A stretch of 64,000 nucleotides of DNA from an uncultured Rhodospirillaceae bacterium. GTDB lineage: Bacteria; Pseudomonadota; Alphaproteobacteria; Rhodospirillales; Magnetospirillaceae. This document shows positions 48,742 through 56,781 of the stretch, piece by piece (position 1 is the stretch's first letter; every line of letters begins with the position of its first letter). The notes under the pieces were generated by a model. That model did no database searches. It was given only the letters and a program-made list of their open reading frames with translations, and had not been told where the DNA came from. The stretch is taken from assembly GCA_903941105.1 (NCBI GenBank), contig CAJANL010000164.1:24408-88407 (forward strand), in the 5' to 3' direction. Both the position numbers and the translations under genes were made by a program.

Positions 48742-48886
48742 GCCGCCACGCTTTCCGTTAGCCGGACCTCACATTCGCTCGACTGCACTGGCCCCTCCGC
48801 CCCCGTTGGCTACTCAACCCGCCATAAGGGTTATCGACTTTATCATGGATGGATCGGCACGCAAGCTGTCGCGAAATGCCGGTGAC

Positions 48887-48944
48887 AAATAACGGTGACA
48901 GTGCACTGATTCAATAACGAAATAACGGTGACAGTGCACTGATT
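48887..48944. repeat. two direct copies of a 25-nt REP-like unit upstream of the RAYT gene
   Basis: AAATAACGGTGACAGTGCACTGATT occurs at 48887-48911 and 48920-48944. The core contains the palindrome CAGTGCACTG. Confidence 0.85.
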
Positions 48945-48976
48945 GACACGGAGCGGTCGATGGCGGAGGATGATGC

Positions 48977-49672
48977 ATGAGCCGCCTTGCCCGCCTCGTC
49001 ATCCCCGGCCTGCCGCATCACGTCACCCAGCGTGGCAATGGCCGCGCGCAAGTGTTTTTCTGCGACGCGGACTATGCCCTCTACCGCGCCCTCCTGGCAG
49101 AGTCTTGCCGCGCCGCCGCTGTCGATGTGTGGGCGTGGGTGTTGATGCCTAATCACGTCCACCTGATCTTGGTGCCCTCGGACACCGACGGACTGCGCCG
49201 CGCTTTGGCCCCGGTGCATCGCCGCTATGCCGGCCACGTCCATGCCCGCCTGAACCGCACCGGCCACTTCTGGCAGGGCCGTTTCGGCGCCGTGGTCATG
49301 GACGAGCCGCACCTTGAGGTAGCCGTTCGCTATGTCGCGTTCAACCCCGTGCGCGCCGGACTGGTCGCGCGCCCGCAGGATTGGGCCTGGTCCAGCGTCC
49401 ACGCCCACCTCGCCGGGCGCGACGACGGCATCACCGCCATAGCTCCCATCCATGCCCGCATCCCGGACTTCGGAGCCTTCATCGAGACCCCGCCCGACCC
49501 GGCAGCACTCGCCCGCCTGCGCCGGGCCGAAACCATCGGACGCCCCCTCGGCGGCGACACCTTTCTTGCCGAGCTCGAAGCCCTCACCCACCGCTCCCTC
49601 AAACCCGCAAAGCCGGGACCAAAGTCGAGGACGGAAAGTCAGACAAAGGGCGATGGCGTTTGGGCTAATTAG
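48977..49672 (+). mobile_element. REP-associated tyrosine transposase (IS200/IS605-like Y1 HUH transposase, RAYT)
   Basis: 231 aa. PGLPHHVTQRGN, HUH motif MPNHVHLIL, catalytic-Tyr region RYVAFNPVRAGLV..P.DW.WSS. GGAGGA lies 7 nt before the ATG. Flanked by inverted REP units. Confidence 0.85.
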
Positions 49673-49724
49673 TGCACTGTCACCGTAACCAGTGCACTGT
49701 CACCGTAACCATGTCACCGTAACC
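49671..49724. repeat. REP-like units downstream of the RAYT gene, inverted relative to the upstream pair
   Basis: AGTGCACTGTCACCGTAACC occurs twice in tandem (49671-49690, 49691-49710), followed by a truncated ATGTCACCGTAACC (49711-49724). The core AGTGCACTGTCACCGT is the reverse complement of the upstream unit. The first copy overlaps the RAYT stop. Confidence 0.85.
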
Positions 49725-49727
49725 ACA

Positions 49728-49779
49728 AGGACGGACAGTCAGACAAAGGGGGGTGGCGTTAATTAGTGGACTGTCACCG
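49728..49779. repeat. duplicated copy of the RAYT 3' end plus REP
   Basis: 49728-49779 aligns with 49628-49685 at 48/52 identity, with one 6-nt indel. Confidence 0.8.
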
Positions 49780-49842
49780 GAATTTTGTCACCGGAATTTG
49801 TCGTCACCGGAATTCTGTCACCGGAATTCACCGGAATTCCGG
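49775..49842. repeat. irregular tandem array of the decamer CACCGGAATT (5 copies), ending in the palindrome CCGGAATTCCGG
   Basis: Copies start at 49775, 49789, 49805, 49819 and 49829 (spacings 14, 16, 14, 10). The 12-bp palindrome is at 49831-49842. Confidence 0.85.
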
Positions 49843-50035
49843 CCAGCATGCGGGCCTCGTCCACCGGCAGGTCGCGATAGCGGCTCTCGGCATGCAGCAC
49901 GCGGCCGAGCTCGACCATGGCCCGCAGGTCGGCTTCGTCGCGCGCCAGACGGACATGGACGCCGCCGGGCAACACCACGGGTGCCGGCGGTTCATTGTCG
50001 CCATCCGAATTGGTTATTGTTGCCGCCCCAGCCAT
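49838..50035 (-). pseudogene. 5' remnant of a GNAT-type acetyltransferase gene, truncated by the repeat array
   Basis: Within ORF 49763..50206 (-). VHVRLARDEADLRAMVELGRVLHAESRYRDLPVDEARMLAG resembles a GNAT N-terminus. Homology stops at codon Gly123 (about 49838), and the rest of the ORF translates the decamer array (PVNSGDRIPVTTNSGDKIPVT). Confidence 0.35.
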
Positions 50036-50294
50036 CCCCCCCACACCCCGCCAGTGGCGGGCAAAATAGAACCGTTCCACTCCCTTGGCGGAAAGCAGCT
50101 GGAGGCTATTGTGACCGTTGGGCGCGGTCAATTGCATGCTCTTCATGCTCTCGTATGGGGGGCGCAAGCGCCCGTAGCAGGGGCTTTCGATCGACATTCC
50201 GGCCAACGGTTACGTGGGTTACCTGAACAGTGCACTTGTCCCCCGTCACCGCCCCCGTCCTTCCCCTCCCCACCCGGCAAAACTTGCCGGGTCG

Positions 50295-50309
50295 TTAACT
50301 ATCTCTTTA
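50295..50309 (+). promoter_or_regulatory. CtrA-box-like motif TTAA-N7-TTTA upstream of fliF
   Basis: TTAACTATCTCTTTA lies 77 nt upstream of the fliF GTG, with one mismatch to TTAA-N7-TTAA. In alphaproteobacteria CtrA commonly drives class II flagellar genes. Confidence 0.25.
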
Positions 50310-50385
50310 TCGTGAGGATATAGGCTGACTTCGTTGGAAGAGGCCGACCCCACCGGGGTGCGGCGCCACGGCCGATGGAGACGAC

Positions 50386-52047
50386 GTGAACGCATTCCTT
50401 CAGATGCTGCGTGGCCTGGGGCCCATGCGACTGGCCGCCATCGCCGGCGTCGGTGTCAGTATCCTCGGCTTCTTCATCTACCTGATGAGCCGGGTGGCGG
50501 CGCCGCAGCTTGAACTGCTCTATGGCGACCTCGACCTGGGCGATTCCAAGCAGATCATCGAGAAGCTGACCACCGAGAAGATTCCCTACGAACTTCGCAA
50601 GGACGGCACCGAAATCTGGGTGCCGAAGGACCGCAAGCTCGAACTTCGGGTGCGCATGGCGGAACAGGCGCTGCCCACCGGCGGCCGCATGGCCGGCTAC
50701 GAGCTGTTCGACAAGCAGGACGCGCTCGGCACCACCAGCTTCCAGCAGAACATCAATCTGGTGCGCGCGCTGGAAGGCGAACTGGCCCGCACCATCCGCT
50801 CCATCGAAAAGATCAAGTCGGCCCGCGTCCATCTGGTGCTGCCCAAGCGCGAGGCCTTCTCGCGCGAGGCCAATGACCCCTCGGCTTCGGTCATCCTCAA
50901 GATGGCCGGCAGCCAGCGCCTGGAAAAGAGCCAATCGCTGGCCATCCAGCACCTGATCGCCGCCGCCGTGCCCAAGATGAAGCCGTCGCGCATCTCCATC
51001 GTCGACGACAAGGGCACCCTGCTGGCGCGCGGCTTCGAGAACAGCCAGGAGTTCATCTCGCAGACCGCCGAGGAATCCCGCCTCAACCACGAGGGCAAGC
51101 TGGCCCGCACCATCGAGGACATGATCGAGCGCTCGCTCGGGCCGGGCCGCGTCCGCGCCGAGGTCTCCATCGACATGGACATGAGCCGCGCCGTCACCAC
51201 CGAGGAGACCTACGACCCCGAGACCAAGGTGGTGCGTTCGCAGGTCACCATCAGCGAGACCGACCAGAGCCAGGACTCCGAGCCGACCCCGGTCACCGTG
51301 CAGCAGAACCTGCCCGATCCCTCCGCCGGTTCGTCGGGCAACGTCAAGACCTCGTCCAAGGCGTCCAAGAGCCAGGAAACCATCAACTACGAGATCTCGA
51401 AGAAGACCCGGAACACGGTGCGCGAGAGCGGCGAGGTCCGCAAGATCTCGGTGGCGGTGCTGGTGGACGGGGTGCGCGAGAAGCAGTCCGACGGCAAGCA
51501 GAGCTACCGCGACCGCACCCCCGAGGAGATCGCCCAGCTGGAGGCCCTGGTCAAGTCGGCCATCGGCTTCACCAAGGACCGCGACGATCAGGTCAAGGTG
51601 GTCTCCATGTCGTTCTACAAGGGCGAGGAGCTGTCCGACGCCGAGGAGCCGGGTGAATTCATCTTCGGCATGCGTCGCGACTTCGTCGAGAAGGTCGCCT
51701 CCAACCTGGGCCTGTCCATCGTCGCCATCCTGTTCCTGCTGCTGGTGCTCCGCCCGCTGATCAGCCGCGCCATCGAGTCCATGCAGGGACAGGTCGGTCC
51801 CGACGGCCGCCGCCTGCTCACCGCCGAGGGCGCCGGCGTGCCGCAGCTTACCGGCCCGGGCGCCGGCGGCATGGCCGCCCCGGCCCTGGGCGGCGAGGAG
51901 GAGGTCATCGCCGACGAGCTCATCGACATCGACAAGGTGGAAGGCCGGGTCAAGGCCTCGTCCATCCGCAAGATCGGCGAGATCGTCGACAAGCATCCGG
52001 AAGAGGCGCTGTCCATCATTCGCAACTGGCTCTATCAGGAAGCCTGA
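50386..52047 (+). CDS. fliF: flagellar M-ring protein FliF
   Basis: 553 aa with a GTG start 5 nt after GGAG. N-terminal TM, YscJ/FliF-family periplasmic region (ARVHLVLPKREAFSRE), C-terminal TM and FliG-binding tail. Confidence 0.93.
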   Translation: MNAFLQMLRGLGPMRLAAIAGVGVSILGFFIYLMSRVAAPQLELLYGDLDLGDSKQIIEKLTTEKIPYELRKDGTEIWVPKDRKLELRVRMAEQALPTGGRMAGYELFDKQDALGTTSFQQNINLVRALEGELARTIRSIEKIKSARVHLVLPKREAFSREANDPSASVILKMAGSQRLEKSQSLAIQHLIAAAVPKMKPSRISIVDDKGTLLARGFENSQEFISQTAEESRLNHEGKLARTIEDMIERSLGPGRVRAEVSIDMDMSRAVTTEETYDPETKVVRSQVTISETDQSQDSEPTPVTVQQNLPDPSAGSSGNVKTSSKASKSQETINYEISKKTRNTVRESGEVRKISVAVLVDGVREKQSDGKQSYRDRTPEEIAQLEALVKSAIGFTKDRDDQVKVVSMSFYKGEELSDAEEPGEFIFGMRRDFVEKVASNLGLSIVAILFLLLVLRPLISRAIESMQGQVGPDGRRLLTAEGAGVPQLTGPGAGGMAAPALGGEEEVIADELIDIDKVEGRVKASSIRKIGEIVDKHPEEALSIIRNWLYQEA

Positions 52048-52132
52048 TTCGGCCAGGAAGCGTGATTGGGCCAGGGAGCGTGATTGGGGTTGTCATCGCC
52101 GGGGGCCGTGAAGAGGACGAGTCGGTGCACTG

Positions 52133-52855
52133 ATGGGAAACAAGGACAAGATGGGCAACGACGGCGCGGCGATGCGCAAGTACATGTTCGATGTCGATTT
52201 CGGCCCGCCGTCGGCCGCCCATGCCGCTGCCGCCGTGGCTGCCGCACTGGACGACGACGAGAATGAGCCGCTCGTCGCGGCCGAGGATTTGCCGCCGCCC
52301 CCCACCTTCAGCGAGGAGGAGCTGCAGCTCGCCCGTGAGTCCGCCTTCGAGGAGGGCCGTCAGGCCGGGCTGGCCGAGGCGGCCGATATGTCCGAGCGCA
52401 TGCTGGCCTCGGCCATGGCCGGCATCGCCGGCGGCGTCGAAATCCTGAAGGCGCAGCAGGAGGAGCTTGGCGACGTCCATGTCCGCACCGCGGTGCGGGT
52501 GGCCATGGCGGTGCTGAAGAAGGTGCTGCCCGGCGCCTGCGAGAAATACGCTTTCGAGGAGGTGGCGCGCGTGGTCGAGGAGTGCATCGGCCATGTGCTG
52601 GACGAGCCCCGCATTGTCGTGCGTGTATCCGCCGATTTGACCGACCCCATCCGCGACCGGCTCGAAGCCATCGCCGCCGATCAGGGCTTCCAGGGGCGGG
52701 TGGTGGTGCAGGCCGATGCTCGGCTGTCGCCCGGCGATTGCCGGGTCGAGTGGACCGATGGCGGCGCCGAGCGCGATCAGGCGCGGCTGGTGCGCGATGT
52801 CGAGGACGCCGTCGAGCGATCGCTGGCCCCGCCGGACCACCCGGCCGGCGAATGA
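52133..52855 (+). CDS. fliH: FliH-like flagellar assembly protein
   Basis: 240 aa. Acidic/Ala-rich N-terminus, FSEEELQLARESAFEEGRQAG, C-terminal SPGDCRVEWTDGGAERD. Positioned between fliF and fliN. Confidence 0.6.
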   Translation: MGNKDKMGNDGAAMRKYMFDVDFGPPSAAHAAAAVAAALDDDENEPLVAAEDLPPPPTFSEEELQLARESAFEEGRQAGLAEAADMSERMLASAMAGIAGGVEILKAQQEELGDVHVRTAVRVAMAVLKKVLPGACEKYAFEEVARVVEECIGHVLDEPRIVVRVSADLTDPIRDRLEAIAADQGFQGRVVVQADARLSPGDCRVEWTDGGAERDQARLVRDVEDAVERSLAPPDHPAGE

Positions 52856-52891
52856 ACATTATCCGGCTCTTAGCGGCCGTTGGAGGACGAC

Positions 52892-53215
52892 ATGGGTGAT
52901 TTCGATCTGACCGACTTCAAGACCGAGGGCGACGATGGTCGTGGCGATGTCCCCGACATGCCGCGTTCGGCGCGCGACCTCGAAGCGGTCTACGATATCC
53001 CGGTCCAGGTCTCGGCGGTGCTGGGCAAGTCGACCATGCAGGTCAACCAGCTGCTCAAGCTGGGCCGCGGCGCGGTGGTCGAACTGGACCGCAAGGTCGG
53101 CGAGGCCATCGACATCTATGTCAACAATCGCCTGGTGGCGCGCGGCGAGGTGGTGGTGGTGGAAGACCGCCTGGGCGTGACCATGACGGAAATCATCAAG
53201 ACCGATCGCGGCTGA
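52892..53215 (+). CDS. fliN: flagellar motor switch protein FliN
   Basis: ORF 52880..53215. ATG at 52892 lies 5 nt after GGAGG. SpoA-type C-terminal domain: IPVQVSAVLGKSTMQVNQLLKLGRGAVVELDRKVGEAIDIYVNNRLVARGEVVVVEDRLGV. Confidence 0.9.
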   Translation: MGDFDLTDFKTEGDDGRGDVPDMPRSARDLEAVYDIPVQVSAVLGKSTMQVNQLLKLGRGAVVELDRKVGEAIDIYVNNRLVARGEVVVVEDRLGVTMTEIIKTDRG

Positions 53216-53225
53216 GAGGGACGAC

Positions 53226-54605
53226 ATGCGACTTCTGATCATCGGCTCGATGGACGGGCAGATCGGGGCGGCGAGCCAGATCGCCATGGCGCGCGGCGCC
53301 AAGGTGCGGGTGTGCGAAGACGTCGACAGCGGGATGGACGTTCTGCGCACGCAAGGCGCCGACCTGGTGATGATCGACGTCCGCCGCGACATCAAGACCT
53401 TCATCGAGCGGCTGGAGGCCGAACGCATCGTCCTGCCGGTGATCGCCTGCGGCATTGCCTCGGACGCCTCGGCGGCGGTGCGCGCCATCAAGGCCGGCGC
53501 CAAGGAATATATCCCGCTGCCGCCGGATGCCGAGCTGATCGCCGCCGTGCTGGCCGCCGTCACCGCCGAGAGCCACAGCATCGTCTTCAAGGACCCGCGC
53601 ATGGCGCAGTCGCTGAAGATGGCCGAGCAGGTGGCGGGGTCGGACGCCTCGATCATGATCACCGGCGAGTCGGGCACCGGCAAGGAGCTGATGGCCCGCT
53701 TCATCCATCGCAAGAGCCGCCGCGCCGACAAGCGCTTCGTTGCCGTCAACTGCGCCGCCATCCCCGAGAACCTGCTGGAATCCGAGCTGTTCGGCCATGA
53801 GAAGGGCGCCTTCACCGGCGCCGTCGCCCGCCGCATCGGCACGTTCGAGGAGGCCGCCGGCGGCACCCTGCTGCTGGACGAAATCTCCGAGATGGACGTG
53901 CGGCTGCAGTCCAAGCTGCTGCGCGCCATCCAGGAAAAGGAAATCGACCGGGTGGGCGGCAACCAGCCGGTCAAGGTCGACGTGCGCATCCTCGCCACCT
54001 CCAACCGCAACATGGAGGACGAGATCCGCAAGGGCACCTTCCGCGAGGATCTCTATTACCGCCTCAACGTCGTCACCGTGGCACTGCCGGCGCTGCGCGA
54101 ACGGCCGCTCGACATCGCGGTGCTCTCCGAGCATTTCATCAAGAAGTACTCGGACTCCAACGGCATGCCGACCCGTCCGCTGGCCGCCGAGACCCGCCAG
54201 ATGCTGACCCGCCACGTCTGGCGCGGCAATGTGCGCGAGCTGGAAAACACCATGCATCGCGCCGTGCTGCTGGCCTCGGGCTCCGAGATCGGGCCGGAGG
54301 CGATCATCCTCACCGGCGCGCCGATCGGCACCAATCCCGACCCGCTGGTGGCGCAGGCCGCCTCGGCGGCGGCCTCGGTGATGGCCGGAGGCGCCCGTGG
54401 CGGCCTGGTGGGCAAGACGGTGGCCGAGGTCGAGCGCGACCTGATCATCGACACCCTCAGCCACTGCCTGGGCAACCGCACCCACGCCGCCACCATCCTC
54501 GGCATTTCCATCCGCACGCTGCGGAACAAGCTGAAGCAGTACACCGACGAGGGCATGCCGGTGCCGCCGCCGGCCGGTGGCGAAATCGACCGGGCGGCGA
54601 TGTGA
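53226..54605 (+). CDS. flbD: sigma-54-dependent transcriptional activator with a degenerate receiver (FlbD-type)
   Basis: 459 aa. AAA+ core GESGTGKELMARFIH, GAFTGA loop (EKGAFTGA), C-terminal HTH. The receiver lacks the acidic pair and the conserved Lys. Sits between fliN and flhA, as flbD does in Caulobacter-type clusters. Confidence 0.85.
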   Translation: MRLLIIGSMDGQIGAASQIAMARGAKVRVCEDVDSGMDVLRTQGADLVMIDVRRDIKTFIERLEAERIVLPVIACGIASDASAAVRAIKAGAKEYIPLPPDAELIAAVLAAVTAESHSIVFKDPRMAQSLKMAEQVAGSDASIMITGESGTGKELMARFIHRKSRRADKRFVAVNCAAIPENLLESELFGHEKGAFTGAVARRIGTFEEAAGGTLLLDEISEMDVRLQSKLLRAIQEKEIDRVGGNQPVKVDVRILATSNRNMEDEIRKGTFREDLYYRLNVVTVALPALRERPLDIAVLSEHFIKKYSDSNGMPTRPLAAETRQMLTRHVWRGNVRELENTMHRAVLLASGSEIGPEAIILTGAPIGTNPDPLVAQAASAAASVMAGGARGGLVGKTVAEVERDLIIDTLSHCLGNRTHAATILGISIRTLRNKLKQYTDEGMPVPPPAGGEIDRAAM

Positions 54606-54644
54606 GAAGGGATCGTTCCGTGACCTCGGAGAAAAGGCCCCGGC

Positions 54645-56765
54645 ATGGCTGACGCACCGCAGGGCGGCGGCGACGGCTCCGCCGTGATGAAGATCACCTG
54701 GGACCGCTTCATGGTCTCGCTGCAGCGCGGCGATGTGGCGCTGGCGGTCGGCGTGGTGGTGATCCTGTCGGCGCTGATCCTGCCGCTGCCGCCGTGGCTG
54801 CTGGACGTCGGCCTGGCGCTGTCGCTGACCTTCGCCGTGCTGATCCTGATGGTCTCGGTGTTCATCGAGAAGCCGTTGCAGTTCAGTTCGTTCCCCACCG
54901 TGCTGCTGATGGCCACCCTGATCCGGCTGTCGCTCAACCTGTCCTCGACCCGCCTGATCCTGTCGCACGGCCACGAGGGCGTCGAGGGTGCCGGCAAGGT
55001 GATCGCCGCCTTCGCCAGCTTCATCATGAGCGGCAACTTCGTCATCGGCATCATCGTCTTCGCCATCCTGGTGATCGTCAACTTCGTGGTCATCACCAAG
55101 GGCTCGACCCGTATCGCCGAGGTGGCGGCCCGCTTCACCCTGGACGCCATGCCGGGCAAGCAGATGGCCATCGACGCCGACCTGTCGGCCGGCCTGTGCG
55201 ACGAGCCCACCGCCCGCAAGCGCCGTTCGGAACTCGAACAGGAATCCAGCTTCTTCGGCGCCATGGACGGCGCCTCCAAGTTCGTGCGCGGCGACGCGGT
55301 GGCCGGCCTGCTGATCACCATGATCAATATCATCGGCGGCATGATCATCGGCATGGCCCAGAACGGCCTTACCTTCGGGGTGGCCGCCGATTACTACACC
55401 AAGCTGACGGTGGGTGAAGGACTGGTCACCCAGGTGCCGGCGCTGATCGTCTCGGTGGCGGCCGGCATGCTGGTGACCAAGGCCGGCGTGCAGGGTGCGG
55501 TGGATCGCGCCCTGTTCGGCCAGCTGGCCGGCTATCCCCGCGCGCTGGGCATGTCGGCGGCCCTGATGGCGCTGATGGCGGTGGTGCCCGGCATGCCGTT
55601 TCTGCCCTTCGCCGTGCTGGGCATCAGCATGGGCGCCGCCGCCATCATGCTTGACCGCAACCAGCGCGCCGAGGCCGAGCGCACCCAGGTCGAGGCCGAG
55701 GAGAAGGCCAAGCAGACCGCCCCGGTGGCCGAGGAGCCGATCTCCACCGCACTGCGGATCGACCATGTCCGCCTCGAACTGGGCTACGGCCTGCTGCAGC
55801 TGATCAACAATCCGCGCGGCCAGAAGCTGACCGACCAGATCAAGTCGCTGCGCCGCGCCATCGCCGGCGAGATGGGCTTCATCATGCCCAGCGTGCGCAT
55901 CCAGGACAACATGCAGCTGCCCGCCAACACCTATGTGGTGTTCATCAAGGAGGTCGAGTCGGGGCGCGGCGAACTCAGGCCCGCCATGCTGCTGATCATG
56001 GACCCGCGCGGCGAGGACATCACCCTGCCCGGCGAGAAGACCAAGGAGCCGACCTTCGGCCTGCCGGCCATGTGGATCGATCCCACCAACCGCGAAGAGG
56101 CGCTGTTCCGCGGCTACACGGTGGTCGACCCGCCCACCGTCATCACCACCCACCTGACCGAGCTGATCAAGGAAAACATGCCCGAGTTGCTGTCGCACTC
56201 GGAGACCCAGAAGCTGCTGGACGAGCTCGACAAGGAACACCAGAAGCTGGTGGCTGAGCTGATTCCCACCCAGATCACCGTCGGCGGCCTGCAGCGGGTG
56301 ATCCAGAACCTGCTGGCCGAGCGGGTCTCGGCCCGCGACATGCCGACCATCCTCGAAGGCGTCGCCGAGGCCTGTAGCCATACCCGCAACGTCACCCTGA
56401 TCACCGAGCATGTCCGCGCCCGGCTGGCGCGGCAGATTTCCGATTCCAACACCGGGCCGCAGGGTTTCATCCCGCTGATCACCCTGTCGCCGGAATGGGA
56501 GCAGGCCTTCGCCGAATCGCTGGTGGGCCAGGGCGAGGAGAAGCAGATCTCCATGGCGCCATCGCAGTTGCAGGACTTCATCAACCGCGTCCGCCAGACC
56601 TTCGAGCGCTTCGCCATGCAGGGCGAGACGCCGGTGCTGCTCACCAGCCCCATGGCGCGGCCCTATGTGCGGTCCATCGTCGAGCGCTTCCGGCCGGTCA
56701 CCGTGGTGATGAGCCAGTCCGAAATCCACCCGAAGGCCCGCATCAAGACGCTGGGGCAGATATGA
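54645..56765 (+). CDS. flhA: flagellar export apparatus protein FlhA
   Basis: 706 aa. FHIPEP-family membrane domain (FPTVLLMATLIRLSLNLSSTRLIL; ARFTLDAMPGKQMAIDADL) and a large cytoplasmic domain. Confidence 0.95.
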   Translation: MADAPQGGGDGSAVMKITWDRFMVSLQRGDVALAVGVVVILSALILPLPPWLLDVGLALSLTFAVLILMVSVFIEKPLQFSSFPTVLLMATLIRLSLNLSSTRLILSHGHEGVEGAGKVIAAFASFIMSGNFVIGIIVFAILVIVNFVVITKGSTRIAEVAARFTLDAMPGKQMAIDADLSAGLCDEPTARKRRSELEQESSFFGAMDGASKFVRGDAVAGLLITMINIIGGMIIGMAQNGLTFGVAADYYTKLTVGEGLVTQVPALIVSVAAGMLVTKAGVQGAVDRALFGQLAGYPRALGMSAALMALMAVVPGMPFLPFAVLGISMGAAAIMLDRNQRAEAERTQVEAEEKAKQTAPVAEEPISTALRIDHVRLELGYGLLQLINNPRGQKLTDQIKSLRRAIAGEMGFIMPSVRIQDNMQLPANTYVVFIKEVESGRGELRPAMLLIMDPRGEDITLPGEKTKEPTFGLPAMWIDPTNREEALFRGYTVVDPPTVITTHLTELIKENMPELLSHSETQKLLDELDKEHQKLVAELIPTQITVGGLQRVIQNLLAERVSARDMPTILEGVAEACSHTRNVTLITEHVRARLARQISDSNTGPQGFIPLITLSPEWEQAFAESLVGQGEEKQISMAPSQLQDFINRVRQTFERFAMQGETPVLLTSPMARPYVRSIVERFRPVTVVMSQSEIHPKARIKTLGQI

Positions 56766-56781
56766 TGACGAGAATTAACCC

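Noticed and set aside
49775-49842. Possible CRISPR array
   Set aside because: The repeat unit is only 10 nt, the 'spacers' are 0-6 nt, there are five copies, and no cas genes are present. It is a short tandem/REP-derived array.
49763-50206. Intact 147-aa gene
   Set aside because: Only residues ~83-123 look protein-like (GNAT N-terminus). The first 57 codons are non-coding in character and the last 24 translate the decamer array. I treat it as a truncated remnant.
53196-56729. 1177-aa minus-strand ORF covering flbD and flhA
   Set aside because: It is antisense to two strongly supported genes. It has low-complexity Gly/His/Arg/Asp composition and no start context. Long stop-free antisense frames are expected at about 65% GC.
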